From Perkinsus chesapeaki ATCC PRA-425 (lineage: Eukaryota; Protista; Perkinsozoa): 64,000 nt of DNA. The translations under genes were made by a program, and so were the position numbers. The notes beneath the pieces were generated by a model. The model was not told the DNA's origin. It did no database searches and saw nothing but the letters and a program-made list of their open reading frames with translations. The stretch covers positions 62,001 to 126,000 of the forward strand of contig JAAPAO010000011.1 of the NCBI GenBank assembly GCA_013115145.1, given 5' to 3'. Position 1 is the stretch's first letter, and the number at the start of each line of letters is the position of its first letter. This document shows positions 1 to 10,689 of the stretch, piece after piece.

Positions 1-230
1 CCGGTCGCCCAACAACGACGACATCGTTTCCTGAAAACAAGGTTCGTAGATCGGCTCTCGAGTGTAGCGACGAGCAGTTCGCTGCGGTAGAATGCAGTAA
101 GTTTTTACCATCCCACACCAGGCTAGCTCTTCTAGATCCCCTACGAGAAGAGCTGGAGCATTCATCCTCCATGATTGCCTGGCATTCAGCTTCGTCTTCC
201 ATGATTTATCAGTCAGGGTGGAAACTTTAG
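1..230 (+). CDS. 3' fragment of a hypothetical protein gene running in from the left edge
   Basis: Open frame GRPTTTTSF...AAVEC joins through a gtaagt...ctag intron to NPLREELEHSSS...GWKL*, with TAG at 228-230. Confidence 0.4.
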   Translation, partial: GRPTTTTSFPENKVRRSALECSDEQFAAVECSKFLPSHTRLALLDPLREELEHSSSMIAWHSASSSMIYQSGWKL

Positions 231-322
231 GCCAGGAGACTTCGCGCGTCTGAATCGATCAAGTGGGCGCGCGCGGTTGACAAAAGAGCCTTTTCACTTC
301 AGTAGTTGTTTGGGTTTGCCTT

Positions 323-689
323 ATGGATGCGTCTGCTACTCCGGATGAGCTGAAGAACGTGAAAGCTTGCGAGTGCTGGAAATGCCACAAGCCAACTCCT
401 CGTCTCAGTGAGCAGAATTGAGCTCATGGATGCCTGATTTGAGCGGTATTCATGTCAGATTATTGTGTGTGGTGCGGCAACTTCCTACTTTCCACTACCA
501 AACCTATGACTGTGGAGGAGACAAAGGAACGACTAAACACTCAAATGTGATACGAAGAGTAGCCAGCGTGGAGAATTCGTCCCTTTTAGGCAAGACAGGT
601 CAACTCAGAGCGAAACGAGCCCTGCGGCAGGTGGGAAAAGATCAGCGAAAGAGAACGAATCTACCAAAAAGCAACGTGTCGGCGAGTGA
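323..689 (+). CDS. Small Cys-rich zinc-ribbon-like protein, spliced
   Basis: ATG 323 MDASATPDELKNVKACECWKCHKPTPRL, a gtgagc..cag intron, then DYCVWCGNFLLSTTKPMTVEETKERL; two CxxC pairs and a basic tail KRSAKENESTKKQRVGE*. Confidence 0.6.
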
Positions 690-693
690 CGTT

Positions 694-1250
694 TCATAGC
701 ACCAATTGTTGAGTTGAACAAGTTGATAGAAGCCTTTGCTGAACTCAAATGAGACACCATCAGAAACGGCACAATCGATCGTATGCATGTCACCATCTGT
801 CTTTGCCTTTGGCAATACCACGGGTATGTAACGGATCCAATAACTCGTCTTTGCGCCGGCTCTCTAAGCGTTGAAGCTACCAAGAAAAGTGACTCAAGGC
901 TGGCGTGGCTGGCTCACCTCAGCGTCGATCAATGCCTTCTCCTCGTCCACGGACATGGCCCATTTACTCCGTTCTTGTGGTCCTGTTGCCTCGTTCCATT
1001 GCTTCATCTCATCCAAGGAGAACTCGAGCGCTCTAGGAATCTCTGAAATCACAGTACAGTGAGAATCCTTATGGGATCATCTCGACCTACTAAATATCTT
1101 TGGATCTTGTATTTCACTCATTAGAATCCATCCGCAGCCCACCAGTATGCCTATGGTGTTCATCATTCGGCGGTACTCTTTGGTGCCTGGTTTCTGCACC
1201 GCTGTTTTGTACCGGTGCCAGGCTTGGTTGAGCCATTGGAAGCTCGACAT
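694..1250 (-). CDS. Small single-TM hypothetical protein, spliced; 3' end uncertain
   Basis: MSSFQWLNQAWHRYK...TIGILVGCGWILM splices in frame to KIPRALEFSLDEMKQWNE...LIDAE and LQRLESRRKDELLDPLHTR through GT-AG introns. Confidence 0.55.
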
Positions 1251-1333
1251 CGGCAACAAGAAACGTCCCACAGAATGGCAAACTCGACAACTGCAATTAG
1301 GGAAACGATGAGATAAAAAATCATGTCCGAAAT

Positions 1334-2248
1334 TCACATAACGACATAGTCGGTCTTGCCTCCCTTCGTCACAAGCTTGTATATAGCGCCGTTATCAGCC
1401 GTGATAGATCCCTCTGAAAAGCACAGTGCGAGGAGAATTCCCCCCCAGACTCACCGCTCCAGGCGACGATCCTCCCAGCGAGCTCATCACAGCTTGTCCA
1501 GGCAGTCCAGTCTTCATTAGGCATAGCCTCACGGTTGCCGGGGGTATCGAGGGTGATTGGAGCAATACCGATAACCTGGACGGGAGGCTATTGCGCATGG
1601 TAGGTGCATGTACTTTCGCTCGCAAAGTAACGTCAGAGGCCAGGCTCCCTATAAGATGATGAACTGCGGCTTTTGCGCTACCGTAAGCCAGGCCCCACGG
1701 GGTCGGACGCTCGACACAGGCAGCACCTTAAGTACACAATGGGTTGATGGAACCGACAAAAGGCGCACCAGGGAGCAATAGAAGGCCGTTGTGTTTGAGG
1801 AAGTCTCCGGCAAGCTTAGCTGAGATGAAGCTTGGATAGACCGAGGAGGAGTACATGGCCTTCACCGAACTAACAAGAGCTGCATCGAGAGGGGATCACG
1901 AGACCTACTCGAAGATAGCATCGTCGTTGGCGCCACCCATAGCGAACCCGCCGCTGACGCAGACGACAGAGTCCAGAGGCTGACCGCCTAACAGTCCTGC
2001 GTCCTGCACGATCTTCGAGTGGCTCTCCTGCATGGTCATGCCAGGCTCGAGCTTTATGGTGTCGGTTGCTCCGGGTATCTGAGATGGACAATGCAGGATG
2101 ATAGGCTGCCAAACCAAACTTGGTCTGTGAAATCCACTGCAATGATACGATGCCACTTCGCCTGGTAAAAGGCGTTCACCACAGAGCGGCCAAGGGCACC
2201 ACCGGCACCATAAACCAGAACAGAGGCGCGGGAGTGAGGAGCAGGCAT
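1334..2248 (-). CDS. QDPR: Dihydropteridine reductase (short-chain dehydrogenase family)
   Basis: Rossmann motif VLVYGAGGALG, LDSVVCVSGGFAMG, hallmark PITLDTPGNREAMPNEDWTAWT, C-terminus GAIYKLVTKGGKTDYVVM*; multiple short introns. Confidence 0.9.
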
Positions 2249-2565
2249 TTCAGTCAACTACTCACACATGGACATGGCGCACTGCATGGGCACGAAGAGT
2301 GTCCTGCAACCTATCGAAATTTCCGGACCTGCTGGACTCGTGGACCACATGTCGAAGTGGCGAATTGAAGATGCAGGCGGTGGCCCAGGTCAACTCAAGA
2401 CTGAAGGATTAGGATATTCATAAGAAACTGTTCCAGTGTACGGCAAAGTTGCAAGCCATTCAGACCTAATTCGAACACATCAGCAACGAAAGGAGAGCAT
2501 GATGATACAGGACGATAATATCAAGCAAGAGATGCTTTGTTGTTGCAAATGGACATTTCTCAAAG

Positions 2566-4551
2566 CTAGCCCCCATCAGATGCTATCCTGGATGCATACA
2601 TTGTCGGTAAGGGAGTGAGCTGTATAAAGGGGGCTAGTTCGTGCAAGTGCCTTCTTTCAGTTTCATTAGTGTAGTGGCCGCTCATGCTGTGAAGTCTGAG
2701 ATTGAACCGATGCCTTCCTCTTAGACGACACCATGGGCTTACGTTCCATCGGACTCTAGAGCCCCTGTTGAAGCCCAAAGAGGGTTGTCATTGGGGTCCT
2801 GTAGCAGTGCTATCTGATAAAGGAGTGGTATGAAACAGGGGCAAGGAGGCTACATGGAAGCACGCTTGGAGCTCATCTGAAGCTAGAATGCCACGCATGG
2901 TGCAAGTGGTGTTGGGCAGTATTATACGAGCATCGTGGGTCATCCATCCCTCCATGGAGAGAGCCGGGAGGGTGTGGTCGAAGAAAGCTTTGCACCAACT
3001 GACAGGAGGAACAGCAGTGAAAGGGAGAAAATGATGCCCAGCAAACGAGCTAGGGAACCGAAATCCGCAAAGTGAAATGAAGGAAAACCTGTCCCGTCAG
3101 AGGCAAGGTCAGAGTTCAGGGAGTGGATACTTACTTGGTCTCAGACCAGCCAGCTGGGCTACGAAAATAGTCCAGCGCGATCAAGTGGAACTTTTTATGC
3201 CCCTGAAAAAAATCGTGAGAACGGGACAGCGCGAGCTGCAGGAGGACGGACATTTTTGCCCCAGGCTGACTGGAAGGAGCTGAGCATTCTCCGGGAATCA
3301 TTGAAGTTGGTCTGTATGTGGTGGGTCTCACCGTCCTTGACGTAGGCCACCTGAACACCGCAGATCTTCGCGGACTCGACGAGCTCGATGATCTACCCGC
3401 TCGGGGTGGGTCTTGTCTATGGTGTAGACTTGACATTTGAATTGATTCTCGAGAGCGGTTATCCTCATAGTGTCTCTCTTGCCCTGTCCTTCGCTGAAGC
3501 AACATTAAATACCGTATAATAAGACACAATGCGCGTTACCACTGTCGCCTAGCCTCACTGGCATAGACCATACCAAGTAGGAGAACCGCTTGGTTTGTGA
3601 GATCGAGAGGAGGCGGACGCTGGAGTAGGCGGTAGCCGTTGGTGGTTGGCACTGAACAGGAACATTTGACCAGCACGACGCCGAGGCATCTTCTTACTCA
3701 TGGAGCTCGCTCCTGTACATGCATCTCTGCCAGGGATGATGGGTAAATCTAAACAGGGTTCACAGTTCACAGAGTAACGCACTATAGCTCTACCCTCAGG
3801 TTCATCTTGGGTGGAAGCTGTTTGATCCGGACTTGGTCGTTTACGTTTCTTAGATACTTCAGGTGGGAGCAATGTTGATTCATTATCGGGGATAGGCATA
3901 GCCGGGCTGACCGCAGTCGACTCGGGCAGCCGAGAAGAGGTTGACAAACTGCCCAACGAAGTGGAGGCTACCTGCCATCGGAGCAGCTTACTCTGAGTCG
4001 CAGTGAAGTCCAGAAGGATCCAGTTTGAAGGGGTTGGTTGTGACGTCCGAGAGATAGCCAGGATTGTATCGGCCTTTAATGGCGAGGGGCGGGTAACAAT
4101 GGGATCTACTGGAGCTAGATGTCGATTGGTCGGCAATGTCGGGAGAGCGAGTTAGTAGGAAGGGTGTTATAGGGGAGTCCACTGATGGCTCCGGAGAGCT
4201 AGGGTCACCAGAAAGCTCAGGAGAGCTCTCCTCGAGGAAGCACAGTCGTCGTGCCTTGTACAGCGGGGTGTACTGTATCTGACAAACTCATAGGGACCAC
4301 AGTGACGTTCTGTAGGGCACCTCCCGCAGCTCCTGTGTGACTATGCATCCGTTCATGTGGCTAGTCGACTTAATGGTCCTATGGAAGGTCATAGGACTGG
4401 CCGGCATCGCTACTCTGCGGTCGCCCTGATCCCTGTGATCAGTTGTAACCGACTGATGAGCGGCGATGGCTGATGGCTGGGCTCCGAGAGGAGGGGGTCG
4501 TCGCCGTTGGGGCAGGCAACGAGACGGGTACGTTGACTGGGACAGATGCAT
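2566..4551 (-). CDS. Hypothetical protein: low-complexity N-terminus and a possible divergent class I SAM-dependent methyltransferase-like domain (start 4551 or 4407)
   Basis: Hand-spliced exons give QAVLLLGMVYASE ... QVYTIDKTHPER VAYVKDGETHHIQTNFNDS ... KKFHLIALDYFRSP ... LPALSMEGWMTHDARIILPN ... DPNDNPLWAST, a beta-strand order resembling Rossmann methyltransferases. Confidence 0.55.
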
Positions 4552-4681
4552 TCCGCACGTGGTGCGGATGAAAACAAGTCTGCCACTGCCCCCAATCATT
4601 ACATTGAACAAGACACAAGCGTCAAGTCGGTAGGAGAGAGTTAAAGGGCGGCAAAGGAAGGGAATTGGAGGTGAAAAATAG

Positions 4682-5691
4682 TTAAAGGAACTCATACCAA
4701 ATAGTAAAACAAATGCAAGCACCAACGACAGCACCTGAAGAAGGAGGAGGAGGAGGAGCGGTAATCAGCAGTATGATCTCGACAGCTTGCTCACCTAGGA
4801 TTAACTTATTCTTCATTTTCTGGTTGCCTATACGTTTAACCAAACCGTTGATGCCCGGCATGTGGGAAGTATCTGTTCGTATCCTTCACTGACAATTGTT
4901 CCAGTGACTGCATACCTATAATTCCTAGCTTTCCCTTCACCTTCGACAGGACGCTGTTCTGCTGTCGCATCTTGCGGTGTGTCGCGGCGGCGGAGGAGTA
5001 CATGTCATCCAGCTCTCGAATGGATGATTCGATACCGTTTCTTTCGCGAAGTAGATTGCCTGCCACTACCGCAGGTCACAACAGTCGATCTGCAAGACTT
5101 ACGTTCGTCGTCGTTTTCGCCTGCCGACTCCTTCTCCGTTCCCTCTGCTTGGCCCATGAGCTTCGCCCGTTTTGTCTCGGTATCAATCCTATTGCACAGT
5201 CGGTCGTATTGCCGACGAAGATCCTGAAGGACAGGTCATCGGAACCTCTACGATAGCTCAGCCTACCAGTAGGATTCCCTGGTCACGCTGTACCTGGGCA
5301 CGCTGGGCAGCCGACTTGGCGAAGCTCGTCATGTCCTTGACAGCAGAGCCGAGGTCGTCTAGGTTATCACTGGTGGAGGCTTCAAGGTTGGCTATCACCT
5401 ACATCTCGTGTGCATGCGTGCAGTGCATCAACGGTTGATGATCAACCGCCTGTCATCTACCTGAGTCTTAGAGTTTGGATACGCCTCTTGGCCTTCTTCT
5501 GCTGCTGCTGCTGCTGCAGTGGACAGTGTCGTAAGCGATCGGGAGAGCTCATTGAGGCCAGACTCAACGCACCGGACCATCTGAGGGGACACTTTATGGC
5601 ACTGTTGGTGAGAGGGTAGACGTACCTCTCGACTTCGCAATTTAGCATCTTCCCACGAGAGAGCGTGGGGCTCCTCAGCAGATTGTAACAT
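4682..5691 (-). CDS. GOS1: Golgi SNARE Gos1/GOSR1-like
   Basis: N-terminal SWEDAKLRSRE, SNARE heptads LRERNGIESSIRELDDMYSSAAATHRKMRQQNSVLSKVKGKL, MPGINGLVKRI and C-terminal TM anchor GAVVGACICFTIWYEFL*. Confidence 0.8.
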
Positions 5692-6909
5692 CAAACAGAC
5701 ACGCCAAAATTACAAAAATGTCTATACGGGGTGAGCCACTTACATTGCCAGCCACGACCGAGAGGCAGAGTCGCATCCAGTTTGCCTTATATAGCAACCT
5801 TACGTGAATCCATCCGACTGGGGCCAGAAAGGCCATCCACAGCTTACGATGTGGAGTCCCCTTTGCACTTGGAACGCAAAAATTAGTGAATTGAAAAGGG
5901 AGTCGTATAACGAAGACAGACATCATCATAGACACTGCCGATCAACATATTCAAAAGGTCCTAATGCACTTCATGCGCGGCGCCTATGGCGGCCAAGGAG
6001 GTAGTAGCAACAACCATAAGCCCCCAATCATGTCCTTATACACCACCACAACCGGCGCTAGCAGACAGTCACAGGGGCCACAGCGACCTGAGGACTGCTG
6101 GGTCGACCTTCGGACAAGCCTTATATGATACCGGCAATGTTGCACTAATTAGGTAGTAGAGCCAGGCTAAGACAACAATGTATAGGCAGTAGTGGTAGAC
6201 AAACCATCAACACTTTCAGACAAAAATCGAGTTGGTCCGGTTGGTCGTATAATAAGGAAGACCAGTGGTAGGTTTAGCAGTAGTAGTGGCAGGGGTAATG
6301 ATGACAGATATGCATAGATCTACTTATTGGAAATATCTAAGGAGGGGCGGGGGGAAGTCGAGCTGCCATCATTCCATGCAATAACGTAGGGACACTCTTC
6401 TAAGAGCAGGAGGAGGAAGAGGACTCGACATTCGTATTATTATCAATGTTGCAGTATAAGATTTTTATTATTATTTCTTGCGTCCACTATTAGTAACACC
6501 ATAAAAGCCACAGCATAGCAGTTTCACGCAAGAGACGCGTTATCACAATCACACACCGCCCAACAAACGACGAAAGTATTAATAATCGATCATGCTTCAA
6601 GGATACGCGCCTCTAAAGGAGATACAATAACAATGCAAAGTAAGAGAACAACAACAACCAGAGATAGCTCTACGATGGTTAAGAAGGAATATGGATTGTA
6701 GAGTGGGTAGGTTGATTGTGTGCATGCAACTGTGGTAACAGAAGGGACGGAAAGATGGATGATGGTGCAGCAGCAGCAGCAGTGATGGCAGACAAGCGTA
6801 GTTAACCTTGCATGCTTGAAAAGATGGACCAAACTGCGGCTTAGCGCACTATAGTGCTAAAATATTGCTACCAAAACAGTTGCTTGGATGATGCACCGGA
6901 ATTGCATCA

Positions 6910-9093
6910 TTACTGCCGCCAAAACCTCCAAGTAGTGACCTCGGAACCCTTGCCTCTACCACCGGGCTCGTCCATGAGACCAATACCGTTGGCTCGGAGG
7001 AGGTCTCTGATTCTGTCGGCTTCTTTGAAGTTGCACACCCTTCTGGCATTATTTCTCTCTTCAATCAAACGTTCAATCTCTTCAACAGGGGGCATGCCAG
7101 GTGGCATCTCGAAGCGATCGTCACCACCATAGCTCGGCCCAAATATCGGATGGAACTCCCCGCCTGTCCACAGCTCACCAGAGCGACCGCTCTCCTCGTA
7201 CCCAGAATAACACCCACTGCGACCTTCACGCCTCCTGGAGTTCTCAGCCGTTCCAGACGCCGGAGAAGAATCTGTGGGACCGGTCGGGCTTGACACCAGA
7301 GGATGCTCTCTCATGACAACTTGGAGCTCAGTTGGAGCGGGCAAGCCCCTCTCCTTACAGAACAAGCGATACTCACCGTACACTTGCTCTAAAAGCACAC
7401 GCATCTCTGTCACGGCTATCCTGTACCTGAAGGGCAAGACCCTATCCGGGCTACCTTCCAGACCTACTCACCCCTCAGGATCCTTGCAGGACACACACAT
7501 GTGGAGTGGCTCGTTGGACTCCTGCTTGGCGGTGCCCTCCAGGAACCCCGATTCTCTGCCACGCAGGCGCAGTTTGGCATCCGATAATTTAACAATGCGT
7601 TTCATATTAGCTCCTTTCTGACCTATAATTCGCCTCGCTACGTGGAACTCTCTATCGTTCTCGATGCCGATCTCAAACCGGCACGTATACTTCCTTATTT
7701 TACCGCTATCAGTCGCTGCGTCGGTGACCGAGGAAGCCGCAGGGCTCGGGTAGAAGAAATTCCCAGATGATGTACGTGGGCTCGTTGACGGCGGCGGTGG
7801 AGGAGGTGGAGGCGGTGCACCGGCCGCTATAGGCGGAGGGGGCGGCGGCGGAACGAACGCCCTGCTATCCATCGTAGAGGGCGGAGGAGGCGGATGCAGC
7901 CATGCTGGCGGAGGCAAGTCTGATACAGGCGAAAAGTCGCCACTGTTTGGAGTGTGCCTAAGAGCGTGCTGTGAAAGCTCGGGCAGGTGCCGCCTACCAT
8001 TGGACGCTGAGGCTCCCTCTAACCCCGTTGAGCATTTTGCCGTGGAGATCTCTGACAGCGTGGTCTGCCTCTGCCATGGTGGAGAATCTGATAAGCGCCG
8101 ATCCTCCGTCGGGGTTCACGGTGACCTCGCGGACTTCTCCGTAGCGGGAAAATACCTGAGCATTTTTGACGGTAATTTGGAGATGGGCAATTACCTTGCG
8201 GAGATCATCCTCAGTGAGCTGATAGCTGAAATTAACACCTTCCACAGTGACGGAGACGACCGGCACAATTGGCACTCGCGGAACCCCCATCTGATACAGG
8301 CGAGAATAAGGGGCTGCAGGAGCGGATGAAATGCCTATATAGGGATACTACCTGCTGGGAGAAACTAGGTATACGTGGTGCCGAGGGATAGGCGCCACTC
8401 TAAATAGAGAAGGGCCACCTTAAACACTCCCTGGCACAAGCCCAACCGAGCGCGTGAAGTAAGATTGACAAACTCTAGAGGCAGATCCCCGATGATTGGC
8501 TTACCGCCGAGAACGGCATTGACAGCTTGCCAGCAACTGCCTGGGTTGTGTTAAAGTAATTAATCAAATGAGAATATATGTGTTGTACCTAAAGTCAGTA
8601 GAGACCCTAGGATAAGATGCCCTTACAGCTTGCTGTTGGGCATCAGTTCCTCCAGGTGGACCATAAGGTGGCAAAGGAGGGACTGCAGTACCGTTGCCCG
8701 AGGCACCAAGGGCTGGTAGACTCGGCAGGCCAAGCGGGATATGCTGCAACGAAGTTCCAGTGGGAGCTCGGAGAAATACGTACAGTTCCAGCTGGGCCTT
8801 CGCTCTGCATTTGCTTCTGTCTGTTGATAACAAGTTGGTTGACCACCTACACCAATGAAATGGGTTAGGCGAAACGGCTGAGGCTTGGGACCTGCTCTAA
8901 GGCGGCAGAATCCATGGTTCTGGTGTCGGGGAGGAAGGGTTTAGGCTCTCCCATGCCTCCTGGTGGACAACCATAGCCTACAGTAGGAGATGAGCCTCGG
9001 GGATCGGACAGCTGGGGCCATACCGTGCTCCGGCTGACTCTGTGGGGCGTATGGGTCGATTCCCGGAGCGTCTCCGTAATAAACACTTCTCAT
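6910..9093 (-). CDS. RNA-binding protein: Pro-rich N-terminus, RRM, SF1/BBP-type KH domain, C-terminal CysRS-anticodon-domain-like module
   Basis: RRM YQLTEDDLRKV/FSRYGEVREVTVNPDGGSALIRF; KH VARRIIGQKGANMKRIV...KLRLRGRESG; tail IERLIEERNNARRVCNFKEADRIRDLLRANGIGLMDEPG...TTWRFW; the 5' exons from ATG 9093 (MRSVYYGDAPG) are less certain. Confidence 0.8.
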
Positions 9094-9353
9094 TTCAGGT
9101 TCAGACAATTCCTCAAATCAATCTTCTAGTAGCAGGTGTTAAGGAGAAATGCAAATGCTGTCGCAAATTACACTGAAAGGGTCAAGAAGCAGTCTCGTCT
9201 ACTGCGTGAGGTGGAGCCGACGAAACCGCTCTCACCACCAACGTGGGGCGCTTCGCTCCGCCGCCGCCGTCGAGCCGGAAATTGAGCATCTTGCTCTCTA
9301 GGACCACTTTGCAACGCTGGTGATGCCGCCGACTTTCCCTTTTTGTGACCAGC

Positions 9354-9891
9354 ATGGGGTTCTTGCGTCGTAGAGCCAATAAGGTAAGTGCAGCTCAAGC
9401 TGTCCCTTTGGAGACCTTACCGACCTCGGCGTCCCAAGCCAAGACCGATCTAGACCGAAATAAGAAGGAATCTGTACTGGAGGAGCATCCACTCCTAGGT
9501 AGTATAGGGTTGGACGGGGAAAGGAAGGATGGTGTATTGCCGGGCAAATGGGGTTATGTTCAAGATTGGTCTCGAATGCTTTGGGGAAAATTCGTAACGA
9601 AAACTATCGATGATGTCCAAAGAAGTCGGTAGTAGTAAGACACGGGGTATTGGCCAGATTCCCATGACGGTTGGTAAGCCTCGCTGAGCCACTTGCTCGA
9701 CACTATAGGTCCACACCGTGGGACGGCGGCCTTGCTCAGGAAAATTGGTTCATCTTCATATAGTAGATGAGTGTTGCTTCCGGCATGATAGAGCCTATCA
9801 TCATCGCCATACTTCAGGGCAAGCCGTGGTTAACTTCGCCGTATTAGCAACCCTTGTTATATGCTATCTCATCATCAAGCAGTTCCTATAG
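9354..9891 (+). CDS. Small hypothetical protein, multi-exon; 3' exons ambiguous
   Basis: MGFLRRRANK|TDLDRNKKESVLEEHPLL|DWSRMLWGKFVTKTIDDVQRS with canonical short introns; more than one 3' splice solution is possible. Confidence 0.5.
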
Positions 9892-9984
9892 GTGCATTTG
9901 TATAGTATTAATAATGATACGTTTCTCCGAATCCCTCTGTAGTGCTGTAAGCCTGTTAGTGGATTCCTCCAGTTCAAATTTATA

Positions 9985-10612
9985 ATGGCCAAGGATACCT
10001 CGAGCCGCTGGAATGATGTGGCTGTTGTTGTGGGGCTGTCCCTATTCGCCTACTTTGTGTGAGCACACTGAGGGGGTTGCTCGGCGAATTTCTGAAGGAA
10101 ATTAGGTATGACGCTTATAGGGAATATAAAGCTAAGCGGGAGCAACAGGACTGGGAACGTTTGGTGGCTCGAATGACCGTCCCCGAGAAAGAAGGATGGA
10201 CGGTGAGGTCGTCGCTGTTGGTGGTTGCAGCGTAGCCTTACTGGGTCAGGTCGACGAGCTCAAGGCTTATGATGGTTCAGGGGAGACACCAATACTAATT
10301 GGGGTTAAAGGGAGGGTCTATAATGTGTGGACCAAGGCTGCTTTGTACGGTCCAGGGGGAGGGTGAGTCCTCAACGCGAGCCTGTAAGGAGCCTATTTGG
10401 TAGGTATCATATATTCGCTGGCCGCGACGCTTCTAGGTTATTAGCAAAGGGAATTCTGAAGGACTCCGAAGACGATGGGAATGTAGGCGCTCGGAAGGGT
10501 GAATGAACTATGGGTATCTTAGGAGCTTACTAAGCAAGAGCTTGATCAGCTGGATGATTGGGCATACATGTTCGAGGATAAGTACCCTTGTGTCGGCACC
10601 TTGGCGGCTTAA
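9985..10612 (+). CDS. Cytochrome b5-like heme/steroid-binding (MAPR family) membrane protein
   Basis: N-terminal TM VAVVVGLSLFAYFV; ELKAYDGSGETPILIGVKGRVYNV, YGPG, YHIFAGRDASRLLAKG, LDDWAYMFEDKYPCVGTL*. Confidence 0.9.
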
Positions 10613-10689
10613 ATGATTTGTTTCTAATTTATCATCCTTCCATTGCGTTTGTCAATACCCAAACGTTGGCAGGACTTCTGTGATAGGAT

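Noticed and set aside
5675-6850. Short ORFs between GOS1 and the KH gene
   Set aside because: Low-complexity UTR-like sequence; I found no consistent exon chain or recognisable motif.
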